A stretch of 56,253 nucleotides of DNA, filler included, from Sphacelaria rigidula (lineage: Eukaryota), in assembly GCA_964200075.2 (NCBI GenBank). It is 6 parts of 6 records of this genome, joined end to end, with 100 filler letters (N's around TTAATTAATTAA, not from the genome) between each part and the next. Parts side by side here need not be neighbours in the genome. Positions count along the whole stretch, not along the records: positions 18,787 to 28,078 come from CAXNAA020008827.1; positions 28,179 to 37,470 come from CAXNAA020008828.1; positions 37,571 to 46,862 come from CAXNAA020008829.1; 3 more parts are not named here. One strand, written 5' to 3'. Made by a program: the position numbers and the translations under genes. The notes under the pieces were generated by a model that ran no database searches, was not told the DNA's origin, and saw only the letters and a program-made list of their open reading frames with translations. Below, piece after piece: positions 25,446 to 37,657 of the stretch (within the stretch, counting starts at the first letter, position 1; each line of letters starts with the position of its first letter).

Positions 25446-26669
25446 GATAACGATTTCTACAGTCAGTACGAACATGATGTTGAAAGTGTACTGCGCAGTG
25501 TGTTGTGTGTGTTGTCGTTTCATCTATTCCGGACGCCGGTCTCCACCTTTCGGCATATGTGGGCGCACCAGCCGCGGCTGTGTTACCATACAGCTTCACC
25601 CAAGATACACGCAGCTATTGCAGCGGCGGAGGCGATCTTTCACTCCTGCGTGCGCCACCCGGGGCAAACGCATGCTGTAGCTGCAACACGGACAGCTTTA
25701 CAAATTGTGGCGTAGCGATATAGCGCGTAGCGACGGGTGATATCCTGAGTACACGTTGACCGCAAATACAAGCGGCTGCGTTCATGATGTGGCAAACTGC
25801 ATAGGACAACGCGAAATCTATGCAGGACAGGGATAGGCTAAGGAGGTGACGTCCTGCGGTGTGCTTCGTCACTCTGCACCCTGTCGCTGTGTAGTGAGCA
25901 GGTAGTACCGCCGAAGGCGTCACGCTGCGGTTAGTACGCAGTGTCGAACACAGAAGCAAATCGGCCCAGCGTGCAGCCGCTTGGTGCTTGACGCTGTCTC
26001 CTGTCTACCCGAGAAACAGCAGTTTGCAACTTATAGTATATGGCATACCGTGAAGCAAGTCGTGTACGAGCACTTGAAAGCAGGCAGGGTCGTGGCAGGG
26101 GCTAATGTGGGACGACCTAGTGGGAATATGCCGGGAAACGGCTCGCGTCTCAGCGCCGGCTTGCTGCGGGCCCTTGCAAATGTAGGGCGACGGCGATAAC
26201 ACGAACACGATATATGCTTCAATATAACTTTACGCTTCCGTGCAACGACACATCACCATACCCCGGGTGCGTGCGGCAGAGCTTCATCGTAGAGCCACTT
26301 CTAACAATGGTCCAGCCGAGACCACTCTGGTTTCACCGTCGCAATCCAAGACCGCAACGTCACAAACGCCGAAACAAACTATAGTTGGGAGCGCCCTGGG
26401 CACAGGACAATCTATGAAGAGAGAGATCGGCACATGTCAGTTCTTGATCGAAGTATATTTGACTTATTCATGTTGGCACTTGGTGCAATCTTGGTGTGCA
26501 GGAATAGGATGCCTCCCGACTTGAACTATGAAGTTAATAAAAACCGACGTGTGGGCTTATTGTATTGTGCTAGTACGTATTATGCCATTCAGCACAGATA
26601 ATAACACACATACGCTTAAATTTATCAAGTAGGAGAAGAACTAATTACGGCCTTGCATTATCGTGCAAT

Positions 26670-26825
26670 CCCCACCTGAGATATGGACGTCCATGTGAAA
26701 TATCCATCTGGGATGTACATACCCTTTTTGGATATCCATTTGAGGTATGGACATCCCAGATGGACTTTTATAGACCAGATGGACGCCCACATCGGAGATG
26801 GATGTGTACATCCGAGGTGGATATT
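26670..26825. repeat. Degenerate GGATATCC/GGACGTCC/GGACATCC short-unit repeat
   Basis: About 7 near-palindromic units, each followed by ATC/AGATG-like spacers. Confidence 0.55.
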
Positions 26826-27649
26826 GAACGATAATGCGACAAGACTCCAGAACTAAGATCCATTGGTGTGGCTTTGAACAAGCGCGTATACCGCACGCCA
26901 TATGGATCAAATGCCGCGCGCTATCTGATGCAAGTTCGGCAGTAAATGCGAGCAAAAAGAGTGTACAATAATCGAACAGGTCTCTAGACCATGGAATAAA
27001 GAGATATTTCGCCCAATCACTCTCAACTGCCGTAAAAACTTTGAACTCTGACAAAAGTATCGCGAGCATTACGCTCCCACCGCAGATCGACTACCGCGGG
27101 CGCTGTGTCGATGCTCTAGGTGTCGAGCCTGGGTTCGTGGATGTTGTGTGGCGCACACACAATTTGGCAGTCCTACGTTCATAGAGGGTCTTTCGTTGGA
27201 AACCAGGTAGCTGGCAAGGTGTTGATCGTGCAAAATGATCCTTGTGAATGTTCTCGAGGGGGCCAGAATCACTGAAGCCCGAGAACAGAGGATACGACGT
27301 GAGGGAACTGCAGCTCTTGTGCCCCCTTGCTTAGGAACGTGAACAATGTGCTTTCCACATCACTCGCCTCTTAATTCGCCTTGATGTGTGAACAGACCAA
27401 GACGTGTTGAAGGTTGAACTCCAGAGCGATTTCACAATGGTGTACCAGTAATTCAGGAATCAGAAAGCGTAGCGTAGGTCTTTGCGTCTTTTTCGTCCCT
27501 GCGCAGCATTACACTAGTCAAAGCATTCCAAGCGCTTTGTTCTAGCACTTCATGTTTCACCCAATTTTTTGCGATGCTGCATGCCCTGTCAGCGCTCAAG
27601 GGCCCGAATTTTTTAAGGTTGTGTTTTGCAAGATGGCTATGTTCGGTAA

Positions 27650-28005
27650 GGTATGACTTACAGGGCTTACGAAACTGTCGGGTACTGGCATGGACTTTTA
27701 CAGTACTCGCAGAACCTGTCGTGTACGGGATGGAGGTGGTATAGACCTTACCCGTAGCCGGGTATTTCTGCAAACGTGTCCCCGTACCCAGGATGGGGGT
27801 GAACATTTCGTACAGATCGTACAGAACTGCCGGCTACTGGTGTGGGAGGCTGACAAAACTCACAGAAATGTCGAGCACGGGTGTGGGATGTTTACAGAAC
27901 TCAACCTACATGATAACTCAACTCACAGAACTTGTCGGTGACGGTATCACCCGGGTAAATACGGTACCTGGGTATGCAAAGAATCCTATTTTACAGAACA
28001 TCTAA
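27650..28005 (+). repeat. Degenerate ACAGAAC/CGGGTA-rich repeat
   Basis: Recurrent TTACAGAAC, CTCACAGAA and CGGGTA motifs. Confidence 0.55.
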
Positions 28006-28078
28006 CAACAGTGGATCCTAGAAAATGAGTTTCATACAAAATATGGGGTTGAAGTGGCATTTCTCTTTTGCAGGGAAG

Positions 28079-28178
28079 NNNNNNNNNNNNNNNNNNNNNN
28101 NNNNNNNNNNNNNNNNNNNNNNTTAATTAATTAANNNNNNNNNNNNNNNNNNNNNNNNNNNNNNNNNNNNNNNNNNNN
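28079..28178. other. Artificial contig linker
   Basis: Same 100-nt linker. Confidence 0.97.
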
Positions 28179-28494
28179 GGCCAGTGGATTCTGGAGAAGT
28201 CCCTCACTGAATAGCCCTCTTGTCCAGATCGTCTGGCAGAGGCTATAGACAGGAAGAACCGGAGGATGAACTTGTTTCGTGTAAGTACAGGAGTTCACAA
28301 ATTGCAGACGGACTGTTGTTCACAGGAGGAGCCACGCCACACGGCACAATCGGAGAGTGCAGATTCTTTTTTGTATTGCGGGAATACAGTGATGTTTACG
28401 AAGGTTCCCAACACTCAACCTCAAAATAATATTCATCCCCAATTTTCAATATCGCGTCCTATCTGATGCAGTTCAACAGTCGGATCCATCCCCC

Positions 28495-28743
28495 GACACT
28501 TTCTGCGATAGCCCCCCCCCGAAACCAGCTAAAAGTGTCTCGAAAAAAATGGCTATACAGCACCTGATTTTCGAGTTTAGACTGCATGAAGCGCCTCATA
28601 TTGGCGACATTGGCTAGAACGAAGCCAAGCATCGGAATTCCCAGCTTCTCGTTGTGCTCGGCGTTTCCCATTTCGATCTTCGGGAAGATTTTGCATGCCA
28701 AAACCATGCATTTGTTTTGGGGGGGGCTATCGTAGAAAGTGTT
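28495..28743. mobile_element. MITE family M2 (GAC terminus, 4-bp TSD)
   Basis: TIR GACACTTTCT(G/A)CGATAGCCCCCCCC / GGGGGGGGCTATCGTAGAAAGTGT with CCCC flanks. The internal sequence is shared with copies at 41776 and 44035. Confidence 0.85.
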
Positions 28744-28997
28744 CCCCCCTGCGAATAGCGTTGCAGAAAGAGGCAATGCGGTGCATGACAGTACAGATAT
28801 ACGCGCCACGCCCGGGACGCAGCGCATCGCGCTTGTGTGCTCGCGGTTTGGCTTCATGCGCACGCTGATGTTGCACAAAAAACTTCATGCGCGCGCACAT
28901 TTTCCTAGCCGTATAGCGTAACTATCCGGCGTTGCGGGCTCAACTTCCTGCGCACGATCCGTCGAAACACGCGTCCACCTTACACCCCCAATGACAG

Positions 28998-31900
28998 GAA
29001 GTGTACGATGCGTTCGTGGAGGATATGCGTAATATGGGAGAGGGGGTGGCCGCAAGTCTTAGCTATTTGTACACCACGATGCGCAAGGACCGACCCCACT
29101 ACAAGGCCAAGGTCGGCGGCACATTCATGAAGTGTAACGCGTGCACTTTGTACCATGACATGCGTAATGGAAGTTCTGGTGTGAGGATCACCGCTGACCC
29201 CGGCAAGATGGGGGAGGTCGCTATGGAGCAGAAAGCGCACTTGCATGTGAGTCGTCTTCTCGTCGAAATTGTCGGCAGCTCGTCATGTCACCGGATAAAC
29301 GAGGATACGCAATCTATGAGATTACGCCACGAATAGCATCCAATTAGCCGCAGGTGTATCGAATCAGTCAAGTGGGAGGATATTTCCCGACCATTATATT
29401 TCCTCAGCTCGTACCTGCAGCGACCCGTCGATATCAAATGTTTCGACGCGAGTACGCATCGAAATTCTGTCGAGTAAATCTCCATCTCCCTATGCGACCT
29501 CGGCTCATTGCATCACGGTATCGTAGGTCGCGAGTACCCCTCCATTCAAGTTTCCCAGGTCCATGCGGTCGAGTAGCGTTTCCCAGTTACACGTGGTCGT
29601 GGCGGAAACTCTCTCCGCCCGAGCCGCGTATCAACAGCCGACCATTTCTCTTATCCTTTACCTAGCCTATTTTTGGTTCGTTATTTCGGATTGATTTCGT
29701 TTATTGTGGTACAGGTTGATTTATCTCGATAACTTCCCTCCTTGGAGGCACAGTGTGTATGTTGGTCTGAATTTATTAGCTATGTTTGTGTCTTCAATAT
29801 TTATGGTTACTTCACGCCTCCTGAGCGGGTGTTTCCGTGCTTCCTTCAACCCCGGGTTCGTCTCTCATGGGACCACGGCTTGAGGCACATGGTTTATCCC
29901 ACTGGTAGATACAATGCTCGAGATATTCCTCATCAATCTTACGATGCGCACATCCCCCCGACCGTTACACTTGGTGACTCTGGGCCGTCAGCGCCTGCCT
30001 TTCATCAGTAAGGCTGCCATTCGAGCGAAGGTCAATCAGGGGTCGTTGAAGTTCGTGTCTCTACAAGCCGATGCAGCAGCCCAAACGGTGTTCGCTCTAC
30101 CTATGTGCTCTCCAGTGACGCACGTCACAGACAAGTGAGTACGAACGACAACTAACCGTGCATTCGACGGTGTCCCCCTTTGGTTAGCGCCTCCAACACT
30201 CGCGAACACCCACAGTCGTGGCGCTGGTGTATACTCGCTCGCGCGTGCGTCGACGTCGATGTACACTGTATCGTGTCTGATAGGACTCCACGGTTATGCA
30301 CGATGCGCGATGTGGCGACTGACAGGGGATATGCCGAACGCCAAAAAATCATGGCAGTTTTCGTGGAGGGACAGTTCGTGGATTTTTTCCTGGCACCTCA
30401 GACCGTCGGAGGCGGTGAGTCCGAGTGCGGTGCTCGTGTTATGCAGTCGCCGAATTATACCGTGAGGCGATCGTCGACATGATTCGTTCGCATCTCGATT
30501 TTCGTTTACCGTGTTATCGCCGCCCACCCCCAATTCGAAGCAACTAGTTGTTCGTCTGCCCTAGTCTATTCGTTCGATACGTCCACCGCCGAGGCGCGTG
30601 GTTCGGTACAGCACACTGCACCACAGTCCACCACAGCATTTCTTCCACAAACCTAACGAACATCGCACACTGTCCGTCCCGCCATCCCGCCACCACTCTG
30701 CCGTGTACTTGTTTCGCAGGTAGCAATCTTATATGCACCTCCATTCACCGGGCAGTGGCGCGACTGTTCGACACGCACTGCAGCGACGGCACCCTAGCGT
30801 CATCGACGAACTGTACGCCCAATTGGACAACTGCATGGGGAAAAACAAGAGTCATATCGTCTTGACCTACCTGGGTTCTCTGGTTACTCGAGGTGTAATC
30901 GGTCGGGTTGAGATCAACTTCATGATGGTTGGACATACCCACATCATGATCGACCAGGTCTTCTCGAGGTGTGTACAAAGAAGTGTGCGTCGAAATTGAA
31001 GATCGGTATCGCACAATCGGGGAGCAACACCGCACAACCGCACACCACACACAACACAACACCTCGCAGCGGACCAGTCTGTGCCTGAACACCGAGTAAA
31101 GGTTTACAAGAGTTCTGTGCCTGGGGAAGTCTTACGGAGTTGCTAATTGGACGACAGACCCAAATCCCCATGATGTGTTTGGTACCAATGGCAGTAAGCG
31201 CGTGTGGCGCACGTAGGGGTGAGTTGTTGCGACAGAGCACCGAGAGCGCGTGTAACCCATATCGTATATGTTTTTCACCGCATAAACTGCGGTTAGACTG
31301 TGTAATTGGGGATGAACGTTGGGGACCTCCGACAGCAATGCATATTTTCGAAATAGAAAAACACAACTGGATCATGCGGCTGTGATGTATGGCCTCGCTC
31401 ATCCTAGGGTTAGGCCCAAACCCTAACCCTAACCCTAACCCTAACCCCCATGAGATGGAGGGCTCCAACAAATTCAAACGGTAGAAACATTTTGTGCACC
31501 CCTACCGTGGGATCACTCAGTAAACCTTTGTAATTTACCGCGGTAATTGACCTTGGTAATTGGGCTGGGAATCGGCTGTAACTCCCCACCTATGTAAAAC
31601 TATTGAGGACCGAGACCGTGGTTAGGTTCGTATTCGCAAAACCTCTCTCTTCCTTTTTTGAACCAAGTCTAAGCCGTCAAATGACAGAGTTTATGGACGA
31701 AATTCCAACCAATTAAACAATTCGAAATAAAATCTCGGAGTAAGTCCTGCAAATAATGCCGATACGCGGGTGGTCTTTTCCGATGTCAAATTATGTACGG
31801 TATCAGTATGACTCTCACAGGGGTAAGAAGGTACGGTTGCACAGTACATGAGTGTCCAAACATATCTCGATGTCACAATTTACTTCTGACATCGAAGGAT

Positions 31901-34000
31901 TAGTATGTAGGTGGAAGTATGTCATTGATAACCACTTTTGGTACTTAATTTCGATTGTTTACCAGGATCGCCGTACACTTCAAGGGCTCTTGACTGTTCA
32001 CGAGACAACAGCAGGCAGAGGCCTTCAGTGCCGCGTACACGAGCCTGCCTATCTACACCACCACTCTCCGCTCCTTGGGCAACTTCAAAGGGGCCCTGAT
32101 AAACGGCGGTCGCGTGTTTCCCATCGTTGGCATAACGTCGCCACGGTCGTTCGAGATCCGGCCTGCGGGGCCGGCCCAGGTCAGCGTTGGTATGAAGCAG
32201 TACATGCACAAGCCTGACTTCACTGGGATGACGGCTCCCGGTGTCTTCGAAGGCCCCCCACACTTACGTTTCCGAGCGGGTGTCCCAGATATGGAGTTAG
32301 CGCCTCCCTTCAACCTGAAGGTTGTCGATGCAGCCGCGCGGGCGTGCGTTCTGGCTCGCTACAATGCCGTGCACTGTCGCCTGGCGTCCCTCTACCCCCT
32401 AGGTGCGCGTACACCGGAGGTTCTTCTCTATATTGTGCCGCCCAAACTATCCTCGTGTGGTCGCGCGTGCACAGTTTTTGCAATCGCTTCCCACCTTGTT
32501 GTTATAATTGTTCCGTTTGACGCTTTAGCAACCGTTGTTGACTTGGTCCTTGGTCGGTGGTCTCACGATGTGCTCGGACCCTTAGTCTGTACCCGCTGTA
32601 CGGCATTATGTCAAAAGGGTGTAATCTTTCATACGCTCGTTATTCTCTGTCCTCTCAGCACACATTATTTGTTGTTGTCAAAACAATGGCGCTCAGAGAT
32701 GGAGCACACCCCCGACGCAAGGTAGACAGCGAGCCCTGGGGCAACCAAAGTACCTAAGAGTATAATACAGGGATAGGCAAAGTGGGTTTTGTTTTGACTC
32801 GAAATAGCGTCTCTGCCTTACCCCGGGGTACCCAAGTCGCAGTTGAGGGCCTATTTCCGGAGGGTTCAATACTGACAGTTTCATTTGCAGATAGGGCGGT
32901 CAGGGTAGACCTGCCGTCCTCTGTTCACACAGTTTGTTCTGTTTTTTGTCGACTACGTACGAGTGTGTACTTCTGCGCACATCGTGTTACGCAAGAGGCA
33001 GGCCGCAAAGGCCGACAACCTCTATTTCAGTTTGGGTATTCATATTTTTCCTGGTTTATGTAGTTCTGAGTTTGTTACCCACCTTCTTTTTTAACGGCTT
33101 GTATATGATTGTCCTTCACTTTTATCCAACGAGTGTGCCCGTTTCGGTTGTCGATAATGTTACCACGGCTCGATTGCTGGGGGATCATTTGCTGCGCGGC
33201 GATCAATTAATCAATCATCTTGCCGAATCAAAACCACGAGGAGGTCCCACACGGGCCGCGCCTGATCTCATCAGACCGCACGCGTGCTCGCAGATTTGGA
33301 GAGGCAGGAAACAATCAAAAACGAAATGACTACCTCCCACAGCGTACTCGAAGCAAAGGGCTCCGTGCCTTGGAATCTTCCTTGCCACTGGCTGCGACGC
33401 AACGACGTGCAGCCAGCCCAAGGGGCGGCGAAAGAGGACACGGGGACATGTGAATATAGTCTCGGCGATGGGTCGGGTAGGGAGCTAAACACTTCTGTTC
33501 ATTACAAGTCGGGGGGTGTCGTCCAGTACTCCGGGGTGTGTGGGCAGGGTGGGGCGGGCACCAGCGGTGGTGCCGTCCCTGGTGAGCAACCCGACATTCC
33601 CTCATTCGTCAGGGGAGACTTCGTTTTCTTCCTCGCCGACGAAGCCCCGGTTTTGGTGGGCAAGGTGATCGACGTACGGGAGACGGTCGGCAGTGAGGCC
33701 GACGTTCAGGTGCGCTGGTGGTCACCTGCGACCTCCAAAGCTCGCAGCGGCGCTGCTGATTGCAGCATCAGAGAATACGGGAAGGGTAAGCTCACCGAAA
33801 ACTACAAAACCACACAAAGTTGTGACGGGGCTGGGGTCGACACCATCAGCAGGAAGCGCAAGTTGGCCCCGGACGTGGAGTGGATGGTGTCAGATTTGGT
33901 CACGGCTTCATGTCGAAGACTCAATTTCGGGGCCAAGATTCCAAAGGGAGTATTGGATGAAATCATTGTCCCGAAGTCACAACAAGATAAAAATAAATAA
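28998..34000 (+). pseudogene. Decayed, intron-containing DDD transposase gene, Sola/DUF7869-like
   Basis: Exon remnants 28998-29246 (FMKCNAC...H), ~30000-30134 (LQADAAAQ...LP), 30326-30414, 30720-30968 (GSNLICT...; frameshift; LYAQLDNCMGKNKS...INFMMVGHTHIMIDQVFSR), 31966-32402 (in-frame TGA) and ~33275-34000. The DNC.G.NK and GHTH..ID..FS motifs are typical of this transposase class. Confidence 0.75.
31405..31448. repeat. Interstitial telomere-like repeat
   Basis: TAGGGTTAGG followed by CCCAAA(CCCTAA)4CCC. Confidence 0.8.
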
Positions 34001-34349
34001 TTAAAAATGACAGCGCTCTCGACATCCAGTTTTGGTCAATAAACCAGGGCAAGAGGTTTCGTCGGCTTATAAATTTGACCTCTTGTAAATTTCACACCAC
34101 CACTTGCTCGACCGTCCAAATGGGGGTGAGTGAGCGTATGTCGGTTTAGGCAGAGTTGTGTGCAGCGCCATGGAAGAAGAGGTGAGTCTTGGTGAAGGGT
34201 GCCGGGTAAGACGGTTGCGATAGTAATCACCCCCTCATGATCTGCCGACAGGAATCGTGTCTTGTAACCGACTGGGGAACACCGAAAAGAATATAACACC
34301 TGCGGATACGAGATTCCTGGCGTTGGATTGGGGTAGGGGGTTTGGGGGG

Positions 34350-34416
34350 CGTTCTCATGTGTTGCTTGCCTTAGTCGTTTGATCATTGACCATGCATCCC
34401 TTTCGAGACGGAGCAA
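34350..34416 (-). mobile_element. Family B short copy (67 bp) with a 14-bp TSD
   Basis: Flanked by identical GGGGGTTTGGGGGG at 34336-34349 and 34417-34430. Confidence 0.8.
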
Positions 34417-35039
34417 GGGGGTTTGGGGGGATGGTTCACCGTCCTGTCGCGTTGTGCGTGGTTTTGTTCCGGGGGTACCCGTTGATGAGAGTAGACGGCG
34501 TCATTGCTTGTCGTTCGCAACCGATGTTAGCACCGTGCGTGGAACACCTGCTCGCGTTCTCGAATTCGATGAAAGACAATGCATCATTCTTTTCGCCAGA
34601 AGGAAGGATTCAAAGGCGAGTATCCGAGTCGTTTCCGTGACGGAATCTTGTGGGCAATGGAGTATCCATGTTGCGTTGAAACCGACTTTTTGATTGAGGG
34701 GGAAGCACAAACCCGCAGCTGACCGATACCAAAACACGAACGGTGCCCGTCTTAGTCGTGCCTGACGAGCACCCCCCCCCTCCACCCTGTCAGGCATGAT
34801 CGGGGTGTTGTTCCTCGCGCAAGACATGGGATCCGTGCGATGCCACGTTTTTCCCTGTGGTGTAGAGTAACAAGAGTGCTCACCTGACTCACTTCTCTCG
34901 ATTCTTTGACGTACTGAATATGACGCGTTACGGGTTCACCTCCACAGGTTACTTCTTCGGAATAAGAGCATATCCTCGGTACTTCTGCTACAAACAGCTC
35001 GCAAGTCGGGTTGCCCACTTGAACCTCATCTCGGAGTAA

Positions 35040-36162
35040 AACCTCAATTCGCACAATTTGCTGTTACTTGCCTTTTGTCCCCTTTTCCTTGTCTCCCCCG
35101 GTCGGTGCTTGGGTCGCGTTTCGAGCGGGGCATTCTTTTTAACGTGGCGACTGCTGCCGAGATAGCCCCCCCCCGAACCGGCCAAAAAAGGGCACGGAGG
35201 CGATGATCATAAATGCCGTTTGAGTTGGTTTCGTGCTGCACGACGCGACTCATTTGGGCGTTATTGCTGAATTCGGACTGCTACGCGCCTCTCATGTGGG
35301 AAAAGTGCTGCAAACGAGCGCAAAAGTGGAATCGCAGCCGGTTTGTCGGACGGTGTCCGATGCACTTTTTGTGGGGGTGCTATCTCGGCATTGGTCTGGC
35401 CTCGCTTCCCGCAGCGGGAACATACTGTGCGATTTCTTCTACTATCACGACTTCCACTGGCTTGCATGGCGACCCCGCGGCCTGCGACCAAGTTGATGGC
35501 GTCTGGGCGAGAGAGATAATCGGTATACATGGTGCTGACCCTGTATCGGAGATCTGCCCAACTAAAATTACGTCTCTCGCAGCTAGCAATACGAACCCTT
35601 TCGTACTCGGCAGGCAGAGCTCGGAGGATAATGTCCTCGTACCGCTCGTCACGTATACATTGTCCCATTTCATCAAGGCGGTCACGGTAGCCGTCCATGA
35701 CAAACGGAAAGCTTTCCGGATCATCTCCTGACTGCATTGTTATGGTGTGAAGTTTGTCATGGAACTCCCTTCGCGCCTCTTTGCTGTTACCGTCGTATTT
35801 GTTGTGCAGCGCTACCCACGCTGCTTGTCCGTCCCCGACCCCATCTTGTTGGGTTTTCCCCATATGACGTCTGACGGTATTGTTTGCTGATTTTTCCGTA
35901 CTAAAAGACAGGATACTGAACATATCATTGTTTGCACGATCCCACGCCACTGGAGTTGTCGTATCACAGGGTGGTTGATCATCATCGATTACGGTGGATC
36001 TGGGTATTTGCCGCCCCTGCAGGATTTCTGTGGCCGCATTGTGGTGAAGGAACAAGATCACCCGGAGTGTTCATCTTTATAACCCCGGAAGCTCGCTTTG
36101 TCCCTGCCATCGAACTTTGGACAGAGTGCCAGTACCCCTCGAATACCCTCATTGTCCACCAT
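35040..36162 (-). mobile_element. Ty1/Copia gag remnant (frameshifted, MITE-disrupted)
   Basis: CPKFDGRDKASF..., GDGQAAWVALHNKYDG...DDPESF...IILRALPAEYE..., and a zinc knuckle CSRCGKRG|HVKK split by the MITE. Confidence 0.8.
35149..35396. mobile_element. MITE family M1, second copy
   Basis: Reverse-complement homolog of 8914-9164, with TSD TGGC (35145-35148 and 35397-35400). Confidence 0.88.
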
Positions 36163-37050
36163 GTGCATCCTGTTCGTAGTTCTGTTCCAACTCCACAAGT
36201 AAAGATAAAGGGTGTTCAAGAGTGTCCAAGTATCGTTTCCCCACCACCCAATCAACTTTACTCACTGCCGCGCTTGACTCGTCGGTAGCTCAAAAAGATA
36301 ATATATGTAGATTAATAGCACACGGGATAGTCCCACACTGCAGCAGCGTCCAACGGGTGTGCCGCTTAAATCCCACTGATGGACACTTACACGCAGAATA
36401 TGGATATACAGGGTATTACAGGTGTCGTCATGGCTCTGCACTTTGATACTAGACGCGTACAATTTTCCCCCCAACAGGATCCGACGATTGTCCCGCTGTT
36501 TTTAAATCACGTATGTTACCAGGTGCCCACAGGAGAAAGTGCCGTCCTCACTTCGTGACACACTGTCGCAGACGCACGCAGATGTAATGCCGTCTTTACT
36601 TTGACTCAACTCATGTTGTTTCCCAGCAAAGATCCGTCCTTCCTTTCTTCCGAAGTCCGATCCTTAGGCGCCAACGCCGAGGCTCAATAAACCTCTTGGA
36701 AAAGGTGTCGCTAGGACCCCTTTAATGTGATCGCTAGAGTTGGCGCAATAGCACTTGAGCCAAGCAAGCAGACAAGCTGCTTTGAAGTGTAGACAGAAGA
36801 TAATGTTCAAGGTGCCGCTTGCGGGCAAGATAGTCCAAACAACCCACCGTGTTGAGCGGTCAACCGAGGAGAGTGGGAGCAACCCGACAACTGCTGCGCT
36901 CCATATCAGACCAAACTGTCGGGAACAGTACCGGCGATCCACACAATGCCCCCATACAAATACAATACCATACGAAGCGTTGACGAGAGTAAGCCCCAAA
37001 ATCTTATTTTTTACCAGAATCAGATTGAAGACAGGGTATTTCCATGATAC

Positions 37051-37470
37051 TCCCCCCCCAAACGTGGTTGCCTGGTGCGGCGAGAACCCGGCGTGCTCCG
37101 TCCTGGCTTTGTAAGGGCGGACCCCCGATAGGGTTGGAGTCGGTTGGCGATGGCGCTAAAAAACACGCCCCTCATTGCGTAAGCTAGGCAACCAGGTTAC
37201 CGTATTGTTTTGCGCGCTTACTTTTTTTTTGCGGCTACCGTGATTGTAGTCGAGCTAGATCATGTTGTGCGGTGTGGAGAACCTCAGCTCCGCACAATAG
37301 GGATGATCGTACCATGTAGTGGTGAGGCACCCATGAGGCAGTGTGTAAGCGTGGCTGTCTCTCGAAGTGGCGATACCAGAGCATAAAGCAACTCATTCTG
37401 TTTTTGCTGATAGCGGTATGCCGTGTGTAGGCTAGACATGCCCTGTCTGTTGTGCTTCCATGACGATGCT
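37051..37470 (+). mobile_element. Family A copy (5' portion), cut by the contig end
   Basis: Starts after C8, carries the CCCGGCGTGCTCCGTCC module, then sequence homologous to 365-656 (minus strand). Confidence 0.7.
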
Positions 37471-37570
37471 NNNNNNNNNNNNNNNNNNNNNNNNNNNNNN
37501 NNNNNNNNNNNNNNTTAATTAATTAANNNNNNNNNNNNNNNNNNNNNNNNNNNNNNNNNNNNNNNNNNNN
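37471..37570. other. Artificial contig linker
   Basis: Same 100-nt linker. Confidence 0.97.
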
Positions 37571-37657
37571 GAGTTGCTTTATTGTCTGGTATCGCCACTT
37601 CCAGAGACAGCTATGGCTTATGCACTGCCTCATGGGCGGCGGGGGATGGGGGGCGGA
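37571..37657 (-). mobile_element. Family A fragment at a contig start
   Basis: Minus strand reads CCCATGAGGCAGTGCATAAGCCATAGCTGTCTCTGGAAGTGGCGATACCAGAC..., preceded by a C-rich tract. Confidence 0.75.

Noticed and set aside
36213-36476. Possible 5' LTR of the Copia gag remnant (minus strand begins TGTTGG)
   Set aside because: No second LTR, PBS or TSD could be identified.
37400-37657. Apparent inverted pair of family A copies across the linker
   Set aside because: The two copies are on different contigs, so the inverted arrangement is an artefact of concatenation.
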